In this document: positions 50,109 to 62,566 of the stretch, one piece after another
How the letters are laid out: the number at the start of each line of letters is the position of its first letter
Position numbering within the stretch: the first letter of the stretch is position 1
Assembly (NCBI GenBank): GCA_964016885.1
Contig: OZ024766.1
Location: forward strand, 20,956,001-21,020,000
Source: Eledone cirrhosa
Lineage: Eukaryota
DNA: 64,000 bases
Reading direction: 5' to 3'
Translations under genes and position numbers: made by a program
The notes under the pieces: model-generated
The model's input: the letters and a program-made list of their open reading frames with translations, nothing else
The model's database searches: none
What the model was told of the DNA's origin: nothing

Positions 50109-51625
50109 GTGAAATACTGGGGTAGATTTTATAGACTAAGACTAACTTTACCTTACATTCTTCTGGAGTTGATAAAATATAGTACCAGTGAAATACTGGG
50201 GTAGATTTTATAGGCTAAGACTAACTTTACCTTACATTCTTCTGGGGTTGATAAAATATAGTACCAGTGAAATACTGGGGTAGATTTTATAGGCTAAGAC
50301 TAACTTTACCTTACATTCTTCTGGGGTTGATAAAATATAGTACCAGTGAAATACTGGGGTAGATTTAATAGGCTAAGACTAACTTTACCTTACATTCTTC
50401 TGGGGTTGATAAAATATAGTACCAGTGAAATACTGGGGTAGATTTAATAGGCTAAGACTAACTTTACCTTACATTCTTCTGGGGTTGATAAAATATAGTA
50501 CCAGTGAAATACTGGGCTAGATTTAATAGGCTAAGACTAACTTTACCTTACATTCTTCTGGGGTTGATAAAATATAGTACCAGTGAAATACTGGGGTAGA
50601 TTTAATAGGCTAAGACTAACTTTACCTTACATTCTTCTGGGGTTGATAAAATATAGTACCAGTCACATACTGGGGTAGATTTAATAGGCTAAGACTAACT
50701 TTACCTTACATTCTTCTGGGGTTGATAAAATATAGTACCAGTGAAATACTGGGGTAGATTTAATAGGCTAAGACTAACTTTACCTTTCATACTTCTGGGG
50801 TTGATAAAATATAGTACCAGTGAAATACTGGGGTAGATTTAATAGACTAAGACTAACTTTACCTTACATTCTTCTGGGGTTGATAAAATATAGTACCAGT
50901 GACATACTGGGGTAGATTTAATAGGCTAAGACTAACTTTACCTTACATTCTTCTGGGGTTGATAAAATATAGTACCAGTGACATACTGGGGTAGATTTAA
51001 TAGGCTAAGACTAACTTTACCTTACATTCTTCTGGGGTTGATAAAATATAGTACCAGTCACATACTGGGGTAGATTTAATAGACTAACACTAACTTTACC
51101 TTACATTCTTCTGGGGTTGATAAAATATAGTACCAGTGACATACTGGGGTAGATTTAATAGACTAAGACTAACTTTACCTTACATTCTTCTGGGGTTGAT
51201 AAAATATAGTACCAGTGACATACTGGGGTAGATTTAATAGGCTAAGACTAACTTTACCTTACATTCTTCTGGGGTTGATAAAATATAGTACCAGTGACAT
51301 ACTGGGGTAGATTTAATAGACTAAGACTAACTTTACCTTACATTCTTCTGGGGTTGATAAAATATAGTACCAGTCACATACTGGGGTAGATTTAATAGAC
51401 TAAGACTAACTTTACCTTACATTCTTCTGGGGTTGATAAAATATAGTACCAGTCACATACTGGGGTAGATTTAATAGACTAAGACTAACTTTACCTTACA
51501 TTCTTCTGGGGTTGATAAAATATAGTACCAGTGACATACTGGGGTATATTTTATAGACTGAAACTACATTTACCTTACATTCTTCTGGGGTTGATAAAAT
51601 ATAATACCAGTGAAATATTGGGGTT
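50109..51625. repeat. 79-bp minisatellite (~19 copies), SINE-body derived
   Basis: Unit contains ggggttgataaaatatagtaccagt...tactggggtagat, related to the SINE bodies at 12.8 kb and 61.5 kb. Confidence 0.9.
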
Positions 51626-51730
51626 TACTTAACTATATTCTTTTCCAGATATTTTTGAAACCTGTGGGGCCAATATTTGAATCCTGTTTAATGAAATACT
51701 TTTTCTTCTCTTCTCTTTTCTTTTCTTCGG

Positions 51731-54225
51731 TACCACCAACAACCACAACCACCACCAACAACCACAACCACCACCAACAACCACAACCACGACCAACAAC
51801 CACAACCACGACCAACAACCACAACCACCACCAACAACCACAACCACCACCAACAACCACAACCACCACCAACAACCACAACCACCACCAACAACCACAA
51901 CCACCACCAACAACCACAACCACCACCAACAACCACAACCACCACCAACAACCACAACCACCACCAACAACCACAACCACCACCAACAACCAAAACCACC
52001 ACCAACAACCACAACCACCACCAACAACCACAACCACCACCAACAACCAAAACCACCACCAACAACCACAACCACCACCAACAACCAAAACCACCACCAA
52101 CAACCACAACCACCACCAACAACCAAAACCACCACCAATAACCACAACCACCACCAACAACCACAACCACCACCAACAACCAAAACCACCACCAATAACC
52201 ACAACCACCACCAACAACCACAACCACCACCAACAACCAAAACCACCACCAACAACCACAACCACCACCAACAACCACAACCACCACCAACAACCACAAC
52301 CACCACCGACAACCACAACCACCACCAACAACCACAACCACCACCAACAACCACAACCACCACCAACAACCACAACCACCACCAACAACCACAACCACCA
52401 CCAACAACCAAAACCACCACCAACAACCACAACCACCACCAACAACCACAACCACCACCAACAACCACAACCACCACCAACAACCACAACCACCACCAAC
52501 AACCACAACCACCACCAACAACCACAACCACCACCAACAACCAAAACCACCACCAACAACCACAACCACCACCAACAACCACAACCACCACCAACAACCA
52601 AAACCACCACCAACAACCACAACCACCACCAACAACCAAAACCACCACCAACAACCACAACCACCACCAACAACCAAAACCACCACCAATAACCACAACC
52701 ACCACCAACAACCACAACCACCACCAACAACCAAAACCACCACCAATAACCACAACCACCACCAACAACCACAACCACCACCAACAACCAAAACCACCAC
52801 CAACAACCACAACCACCACCAACAACCACAACCACCACCAACAACCACAACCACCACCAACAACCACAACCACCACCAACAACCACAACCACCACCAACA
52901 ACCAAAACCATCACCAACAACCACAACCACCACCAACAACCACAACCACCACCAACAACCACAACCACCACCAACAACCACAACCACCACCAACAACCAC
53001 AACCATCACCAACAACCACAACCACCACCAACAACCACAACCACCACCAACAACCACAACCATCACCAACAACCACAACCACCACCAACAACCACAACCA
53101 CCACCAACAACCACAACCACCACCAACAACCAAAACCACCACCAACAACCACAACCACCACCAACAACCAAAACCACCACCAACAACCACAACCACCACC
53201 AACAACCACAACCACCACCAACAACCACAACCACCACCAACAACCACAACCACCACCAACAACCACAACCATCACCAACAACCACAACCACCACCAACAA
53301 CCACAACCACCACCAACAACCACAACCACCACCAACAACCACAACCACCACCAACAACCACAACCACCACCAACAACCAAAACCATCACCAACAACCACA
53401 ACCACCACCAACAACCACAACCACCACCAACAACCACAACCACCACCAACAACCACAACCACCACCAACAACCACAACCATCACCAACAACCACAACCAC
53501 CACCAACAACCACAACCACCACCAACAACCACAACCACCACCAACAACCACAACCACCACCAACAACCACAACCACCACCAACAACCACAACCATCACCA
53601 ACAACCACAACCACCACCAACAACCACAACCACCACCAACAACCACAACCACCACCAACAACCACAACCACCACCAACAACCACAACCACCACCAACAAC
53701 CACAACCACCACCAACAACCACAACCACCACCAACAACCAAAACCACCACCAATAACCACAACCACCACCAACAACCACAACCACCACCAACAACCACAA
53801 CCACCACCAACAACCACAACCACCACCAACAACCACAACCACCACCAACAACCACAACCACCACCAACAACCACAACCACCACCAACAACCAAAACCACC
53901 ACCAATAACCACAACCACCACCAACAACCACAACCACCACCAACAACCACAACCACCACCAACAACCAAAACCACCACCAATAACCACAACCACCACCAA
54001 CAACCACAACCACCACCAACAACCAAAACCACCACCAATAACCACAACCACCACCAACAACCACAACCACCACCAACAACCACAACCACCACCAACAACC
54101 ACAACCACCACCAACAACCAAAACCACCACCAATAACCACAACCACCACCAACAACCACAACCACCACCAACAACCAAAACCACCACCAATAACCACAAC
54201 CACCACCAACAACCACAACCACCAT
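51731..54225. repeat. 19-bp repeat (accaccaacaaccacaacc) x ~130, free of AG
   Basis: Direct inspection. Ends ~18 nt before the start of exon 3. Confidence 0.95.
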
Positions 54226-54243
54226 CATCCTCAACAACACTAG

Positions 54244-54359
54244 CATTACTGGACACGTTCCTATGGCAACCAGATCAACTATAAGCAGAGTTGTCCCCTC
54301 ATCAAGGACATCTTTGAAGAGATCCAAAGTTCTGTCGGTTCCCATATTGCTGGGGAGAG
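54244..54359 (+). CDS. MINPP1: MINPP1-like coding exon 3 (absent from the ORF track)
   Basis: tag|CAT acceptor, phase 0. Encodes HYWTRSYGNQINYKQSCPLIKDIFEEIQSSVGSHIAGE(R), matching the MINPP1 [24 protein letters not shown] region. Donor AG|GTACGT, phase 2. Confidence 0.9.
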
Positions 54360-54367
54360 GTACGTAA

Positions 54368-57300
54368 CATTATCTAATGTACAGTACAGTAGTTAGTATT
54401 AGTGGCTATCAGACATAGTGTATCTAGGACTACATTATCTAATGTACAGTACAGTAGTTAGTATTAGTGGCTATCAGACATAGTGTATCTAGGACTACAT
54501 TATCTAATGTACAGTACAGTAGTTAGTATTAGTGGCTATCAGACATAGTATATCTAGGACTACATTATCTAATGTACAGTACAGTAGTTAGTATTAGTGG
54601 CTATCAGACATAGTGTATCTAGGACTACATTATCTAATGTACAGTACAGTAGTTAGTATTAGTGGCTATCAGACATAGTGTATCTAGGACTACATTATCT
54701 AATGTACAGTACAGTAGTTAGTATTAGTGGCTATCAGACATAGTGTATCTAGGACTACATTATCTAATGTACAGTACAGTAGTTAGTATTAGTGGCTATC
54801 AGACATAGTGTATCTAGGACTACATTATCTAATGTACAGTACAGTAGTTAGTATTAGTGGCTATCAGACATAGTATATCTAGGACTACATTATCTAATGT
54901 ACAGTACAGTAGTTAGTATTAGTGGCAATCAGACATAGTATATCTAGGACTACATTATCTAATGTACAGTACAGTAGTTAGTATTAGTGGCTATCAGACA
55001 TAGTGTACCTAGGACTACATTATCTAATGTACAGTACAGTAGTTAGTATTAGTGGCTATCAGACATAGTGTACCTAGGACTACATTATCTAATGTACAGT
55101 ACAGTAGTTAGTATTAGTGGCTATCAGACATAGTGTATCTAGGACTACATTATCTAATGTACAGTACAGTAGTTAGTATTAGAGGCTATCAGACATAGTG
55201 TAGCTAGGACTACATTATCTAATGTACAGTACAGTAGTTAGTATTAGTGGCTATCAGACATAGTGTATCTAGGACTACATTATCTAATGTACAGTACAGT
55301 AGTTAGTATTAGTGGCTATCAGACATAGTGTATCTAGGACTACATTATCTAATGTACAGTACAGTAGTTAGTATTAGTGGCTATCAGACATAGTGTATCT
55401 AGGACTACATTATCTAATGTACAGTACAGTAGTTAGTATTAGTGGCTATCAGACATAGTATATCTAGGACTACATTATCTAATGTACAGTACAGTAGTTA
55501 GTATTAGTGGCTATCAGACATAGTGTATCTAGGACTACATTATCTAATGTACAGTACAGTAGTTAGTATTAGTGGCTATCAGACATAGTGTATCTAGGAC
55601 TACATTATCTAATGTACAGTACAGTAGTTGGTATTAGTGGCTATCAGACATAGTATATCTAGGACTACATTATCTAATGTACAGTACAGTAGTTAGTATT
55701 AGTGGCTATCAGACATAGTGTATCTAGGACTACATTATCTAATGTACAGTACAGTAGTTAGTATTAGTGGCTATCAGACATAGTATATCTAGGACTACAT
55801 TATCTAATGTACAGTACAGTAGTTAGTATTAGTGGCTATCAGACATAGTATATCTAGGACTACATTATCTAATGTACAGTACAGTAGTTAGTATTAGTGG
55901 CTATCAGACATAGTGTATCTAGGACTACATTATCTAATGTACAGTACAGTAGTTGGTATTAGTGGCTATCAGACATAGTATATCTAGGACTACATTATCT
56001 AATGTACAGTACAGTAGTTAGTATTAGTGGCTATCAGACATAGTGTATCTAGGACTACATTATCTAATGTACAGTACAGTAGTTAGTATTAGTGGCTATC
56101 AGACATAGTATATCTAGGACTACATTATCTAATGTACAGTACAGTAGTTAGTATTAGTGGCTATCAGACATAGTGTATCTAGGACTACATTATCTAATGT
56201 ACAGTACAGTAGTTGGTATTAGTGGCTATCAGACAGTGTATCTAGGACTACATTATCTAATGTACAGTACAGTAGTTAGTATTAGTGGCTATCAGACATA
56301 GTGTACCTAGGACTACATTATCTAATGTACAGTATAGTAGTTAGTATTAGTGGCTATCAGACATAGTGTATCTAGGACTACATTATCTAATGTACAGTAC
56401 AGTAGTTAGTATTAGTGGCTATCAGACATAGTGTATCTAGGACTACATTATCTAATGTACAGTACAGTAGTTAGTATTAGTGGCTATCAGACATAGTGTA
56501 CCTAGGACTACATTATCTAATGTACAGTATAGTAGTTAGTATTAGTGGCTATCAGACATAGTGTACCTAGGACTACATTATCTAATGTACAGTACAGTAG
56601 TTAGTATTAGTGGCTATCAGACATAGTGTATCTAGGACTACATTATCTAATGTACAGTACAGTAGTTAGTATTAGTGGCTATCAGACATAGTGTATCTAG
56701 GACTACACTATCTAATGTACAGTACAGTAGTTAGTATTAGTGGCTATCAGACATAGTGTATCTAGGACTACATTATCTAATGTACAGTATAGTAGTTAGT
56801 ATTAGTGGCTATCAGACATAGTATATCTAGGACTACATTATCTAATGTACAGTACAGTAGTTAGTATTAGTGGCTATCAGACATAGTGTACCTAGGACTA
56901 CATTATCTAATGTACAGTATAGTAGTTAGTATTAGTGGCTATCAGACATAGTGTACCTAGGACTACATTATCTAATGTACAGTATAGTAGTTAGTATTAG
57001 TGGCTATCAGACATAGTGTATCTAGGACTACATTATCTAATGTACAGTACAGTAGTTAGTATTAGTGGCTATCAGACATAGTGTACCTAGGACTACATTA
57101 TCTAATGTACAGTACAGTAGTTAGTATTAGTGGCTATGAGACATAGTGTATCTAGGACTACATTATCTAATGTACAGTACAGTAGTTAGTATTAGTGGCT
57201 ATCAGACGTAGTGTATCTAGGACTACATTATCTAATGTACAGTACAGTAGTTAGTATTAGTGGCTATCAGACATAGTGTATCTAGGACTACATTATCTAA

Positions 57301-60300
57301 TGTACAGTACAGTAGTTAGTATTAGTGGCTATCAGACATAGTGTATCTAGGACTACATTATCTAATGTACAGTACAGTAGTTAGTATTAGTGGCTATTAG
57401 ACATAGTGTATCTAGGACTACATTATCTAATGTACAGTACAGTAGTTAGTATTAGTGGCTATCAGACATAGTATATCTAGGACTACATTATCTAATGTAC
57501 AGTACAGTAGTTAGTATTAGTGGCTATCAGACATAGTATATCTAGGACTACATTATCTAATGTACAGTACAGTAGTTAGTATTAGTGGCTATCAGACATA
57601 GTGTATCTAGGACTACATTATCTAATGTACAGTACAGTAGTTAGTATTAGTGGCTATCAGACATAGTGTATCTAGGACTACATTATCTAATGTACAGTAC
57701 AGTAGTTAGTATTAGTGGCTATTAGACATAGTGTATCTAGGACTACATTATCTAATGTACAGTACAGTAGTTAGTATTAGTGGCTATCAGACATAGTATA
57801 TCTAGGACTACATTATCTAATGTACAGTACAGTAGTTAGTATTAGTGGCTATCAGACATAGTATATCTAGGACTACATTATCTAATGTACAGTACAGTAG
57901 TTAGTATTAGTGGCTATCAGACATAGTGTATCTAGGACTACATTATCTAATGTACAGTACAGTAGTTAGTATTAGTGGCTATCAGACATAGTATATCTAG
58001 GACTACATTATCTAATGTACAGTACAGTAGTTAGTATTAGTGGCTATCAGACATAGTATATCTAGGACTACATTATCTAATGTACAGTATAGTAGTTAGT
58101 ATTAGTGGCTATCAGACATAGTGTATCTAGGACTACATTATCTAATGTACAGTACAGTAGTTAGTATGAGTGGCTATCAGACATAGTGTATCTAGGACTA
58201 CATTATCTAATGTACAGTACAGTAGTTAGTATGAGTGGCTATCAGACATAGTGTATCTAGGACTACATTATCTAATGTACAGTACAGTAGTTAGTATTAG
58301 TGGCTATCAGACATAGTATATCTAGGACTACATTATCTAATGTACAGTACAGTAGTTAGTATTAGTGGCTATCAGATATAGTGTATCTAGGACTACATTA
58401 TCTAATGTACAGTACAGTAGTTAGTATTAGTGGCTATCAGACATAGTGTATCTAGGACTACATTATCTAATGTACAGTACAGTAGTTAGTATTAGTGGCT
58501 ATCAGACATAGTGTATCTAGGACTACATTATCTAATGTACAGTACAGTAGTTAGTATTAGTGGCTATCAGACATAGTGTATCTCGGACTACACTATCTAA
58601 TGTACAGTACAGTAGTTAGTATTAGTGGCTATCAGACATAGTGTATCTAGGACTACATTATCTAATGTACAGTATAGTAGTTAGTATTAGTGGCTATCAG
58701 ACATAGTATATCTAGGACTACATTATCTAATGTACAGTACAGTAGTTAGTATTAGTGGCTATCAGACATAGTGTACCTAGGACTACATTATCTAATGTAC
58801 AGTATAGTAGTTAGTATTAGTGGCTATCAGACATAGTGTACCTAGGACTACATTATCTAATGTACAGTATAGTAGTTAGTATTAGTGGCTATCAGACATA
58901 GTGTATCTAGGACTACATTATCTAATGTACAGTACAGTAGTTAGTATTAGTGGCTATCAGACATAGTGTACCTAGGACTACATTATCTAATGTACAGTAC
59001 AGTAGTTAGTATTAGTGGCTATCAGACATAGTGTATCTAGGACTACATTATCTAATGTACAGTACAGTAGTTAGTATTAGTGGCTATCAGACGTAGTGTA
59101 TCTAGGACTACATTATCTAATGTACAGTACAGTAGTTAGTATTAGTGGCTATCAGACATAGTGTATCTAGGACTACATTATCTAATGTACAGTACAGTAG
59201 TTAGTATTAGTGGCTATCAGACATAGTGTATCTAGGACTACATTATCTAATGTACAGTACAGTAGTTAGTATTAGTGGCTATTAGACATAGTGTATCTAG
59301 GACTACATTATCTAATGTACAGTACAGTAGTTAGTATTAGTGGCTATCAGACATAGTATATCTAGGACTACATTATCTAATGTACAGTACAGTAGTTAGT
59401 ATTAGTGGCTATCAGACATAGTATATCTAGGACTACATTATCTAATGTACAGTACAGTAGTTAGTATTAGTGGCTATCAGACATAGTGTATCTAGGACTA
59501 CATTATCTAATGTACAGTACAGTAGTTAGTATTAGTGGCTATCAGACATAGTGTATCTAGGACTACATTATCTAATGTACAGTACAGTAGTTAGTATTAG
59601 TGGCTATTAGACATAGTGTATCTAGGACTACATTATCTAATGTACAGTACAGTAGTTAGTATTAGTGGCTATCAGACATAGTATATCTAGGACTACATTA
59701 TCTAATGTACAGTACAGTAGTTAGTATTAGTGGCTATCAGACATAGTATATCTAGGACTACATTATCTAATGTACAGTACAGTAGTTAGTATTAGTGGCT
59801 ATCAGACATAGTGTATCTAGGACTACATTATCTAATGTACAGTACAGTAGTTAGTATTAGTGGCTATCAGACATAGTATATCTAGGACTACATTATCTAA
59901 TGTACAGTACAGTAGTTAGTATTAGTGGCTATCAGACATAGTATATCTAGGACTACATTATCTAATGTACAGTATAGTAGTTAGTATTAGTGGCTATCAG
60001 ACATAGTGTATCTAGGACTACATTATCTAATGTACAGTACAGTAGTTAGTATGAGTGGCTATCAGACATAGTGTATCTAGGACTACATTATCTAATGTAC
60101 AGTACAGTAGTTAGTATTAGTGGCTATCAGACATAGTATATCTAGGACTACATTATCTAATGTACAGTACAGTAGTTAGTATTAGTGGCTATCAGACATA
60201 GTGTATCTAGGACTACATTATCTAATGTACAGTACAGTAGTTAGTATTAGTGGCTATCAGACATAGTGTATCTAGGACTACATTATCTAATGTACAGTAC

Positions 60301-60357
60301 AGTAGTTAGTATTAGTGGCTATCAGACATTGTCTACCTTGGACTACATCATCCAATG
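54368..60357. repeat. 65-bp satellite (~92 copies) filling MINPP1 intron 3
   Basis: Same unit as 41125-41760. Confidence 0.97.
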
Positions 60358-60385
60358 TTTGATCTGTTTCTCCTTATATTTTCAG

Positions 60386-61283
60386 GTACTCAGTTGGCAA
60401 GCTAATGTTCGGACATGCTGAGACCCTGGCCCCACTCTATTCCACCCTGGGGCTGTTTAAGGACCCCCACGTCCTCAAGGCCGACAATTATGAGCAGCTC
60501 TCCAGGCGCAGATTCCGCACCAGCTTCATTCTGCCGTTCGCTGCTAACATAGCTATCGTTGTGTATCACTGTGGCACAGAGGGCGACCCCGAGGCAGGGG
60601 CAGACAATCAGCAGACATTTGAGTCAAGGGAAGATAATCTGAGATCATCAGAGGCTGTAACGGAGAGCGAGCAGATAAGTTTGTCTGCAGCGGAATATCA
60701 GCGGACATTTGAAGCAGCAGCAGAGAATCAGCAGACATCTGAAGCAGCAGCAGAGAATCAGCGGACATCTGAAGCAGCAGCAGAGAATCAACGGACATCT
60801 GAGGCAGCAGTAGAGAATCAGCGGACATTTGAAGCAGCAGCAGAGAATCAGCGGACATCTGAAGCAGCAGCAGAGAATCAGCGGACATCTGAAGCAGCAG
60901 CAGAGAATCAGCGGACATCTGAGGCAGCAGCAGAGAATCAGCGGACATCTGAGGCAGCAGCAGAGAATCGGCGGACATTTGAAGCAGCAGCAGAGAATCA
61001 GCGGACAACTCAGTCAGCAGCGGAGGAGGAGGAGAATGGAGAGGAGGCGTCTGAGGCAAGGGGAGACAACCGGGGGTCGTCCAGGGGCAGCAGGTGGCTC
61101 CCCCAGCGAGCGTTGCTGGACGGCTATGTGGTGCGGGTGTACGTGAACAAGCACCCGGTGGCGCTGTCCGGATGCGGGGTGACGTGCCCCCTGGAGACGT
61201 TCCTGGCCAGGTATGACGCCGTGCGGGACTGTGACTTCGACAGGATCTGTTTGTTGAATTCCACCTCCAAAGTTGAGCTGTGA
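60386..61283 (+). CDS. MINPP1: MINPP1-like last coding exon
   Basis: Pyrimidine tract plus ttcag|, phase 2 join. Encodes FGHAETL (MINPP HAE motif) and FRTSFILPFAANIAIVVYHC, and ends KVEL-stop (KDEL-like). Joined CDS is 2712 nt, or 903 aa plus stop. Confidence 0.93.
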
Positions 61284-61305
61284 ATGTCTTTGAGGGGCCA
61301 CAACC

Positions 61306-61337
<32 letters not shown>

Positions 61338-61349
61338 TATTATTACCCT

Positions 61350-62162
61350 CAGGGTCGGACGCTATGCTTTGCAGCACCGAGTTACGGCCCTTTGCGTTCT
61401 GAGTTCAAATCCCGCCGAGGTTTGGGTTGCCCCTAACTTTTGCCTTTCATCCTTACCGGGGGGGCTCGGTGACATAAAGTACCAGTGATACACTGGGGTA
61501 ATTGCTGGCCTTGTGCCCCCAAAAGTAGAAACATTTATTACGGGGTCAGTAAAATAAAGTACCAGTAATACACTGGGGTAATTGCTGGCCTTGTGCCCCC
61601 CAAAAGTAGAAACAGTTATTACGGGGTCAGTAAAATAAAGTACCAGTGATACACTGGGGTAATTGCTGGCCTTGTGCCCCCCAAAAGTAGAAACAGTTAT
61701 TACGAGGTCGATAAAATAAAGTACCAGTAATACACTGGGGTAATTGCTGGCCTTGTGCCCCCCAAAAGTAGAAACAGTTATTACGGGGTCAGTAAAATAA
61801 CGTACCAGTAATACACTGGGGTAATTGCTGGCCTTGTGTCCCCAAAAGTAGAAACAATTATTACGGGGTCAGTAAAATAAAGTACCAGCGATACACTGGG
61901 GTAATTGCTGGCCTTGTGCCCCCAAAAGTAGAAACAATTATTACGGGGTCGGTAAAATAAAGTACCAGTAATACACTGGGGTAATTGCTGGCCTTGTGCC
62001 CCCCAAAAGTAGAAACAGTTATTACGGGGTCAGTAAAATAAAGTACCAGTAATACACTGGGGTAATTGCTGGCCTTGTGCCCCCCAAAGTAGTAGAAACA
62101 GTTATTACGGGGATCAGTAAAATAACGTACCAGTAATACACTGGGATAATTGCTGGCCTTGT
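61350..62162 (+). mobile_element. tRNA-derived SINE with a ~78-bp x ~9 tandem of its body
   Basis: B box GAGTTCAAATCC and tttgcctttcatcc, then repeats of aaaataaagtaccagtaatacactggggtaattgctggccttgtgcc. Confidence 0.82.
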
Positions 62163-62227
62163 GGTAAAAGTAGAAATAATTAATCATCATCATCATCTCC
62201 ATCACAATATCACCACCTCCATCATCA

Positions 62228-62405
62228 TCATACAGCCAGCCTTTCACTTGTGGAGAGAAACACTTCGTTGCCAACAGAGATAGTAGCTCCCTAAACTTCT
62301 TCCATCCTGTCCTCATTCTAGCTACTATGTTCACAGAGCACCCCCCTCCACTGCTGATTAGGTCACCTAGGTAATAGAAGCTATCAACTACTTCTATGGA
62401 GCCTT
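62228..62405 (-). mobile_element. RTE LINE ORF2 fragment
   Basis: Encodes EVVDSFYYLGDLISSGGGC...RMRTGWKKFRELL...VKGWLYD. Confidence 0.85.
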
Positions 62406-62566
62406 CATGTGACTGGAGAAAGGTTTACTACACTGGGGCTCTTACAACTAACTACAGAGTGTACCTTTCCTGTTAGTCTAGCCCAAATCCCACTACACCT
62501 CTTCTGTAAACATGGTTTATCATACATCATAGAGTTTCCACCTACCCCATTTTTCTGAATACTAGA

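Noticed and set aside
54368-60357. CRISPR-like array (also considered for the other arrays)
   Set aside because: Units are head-to-tail with no unique spacers, no cas genes are present, and the context is a eukaryotic intron.
60553-61377. 274-aa antisense ORF (and the antisense ORFs over exon 1)
   Set aside because: Shadow frames of repeat-containing MINPP1 exons.
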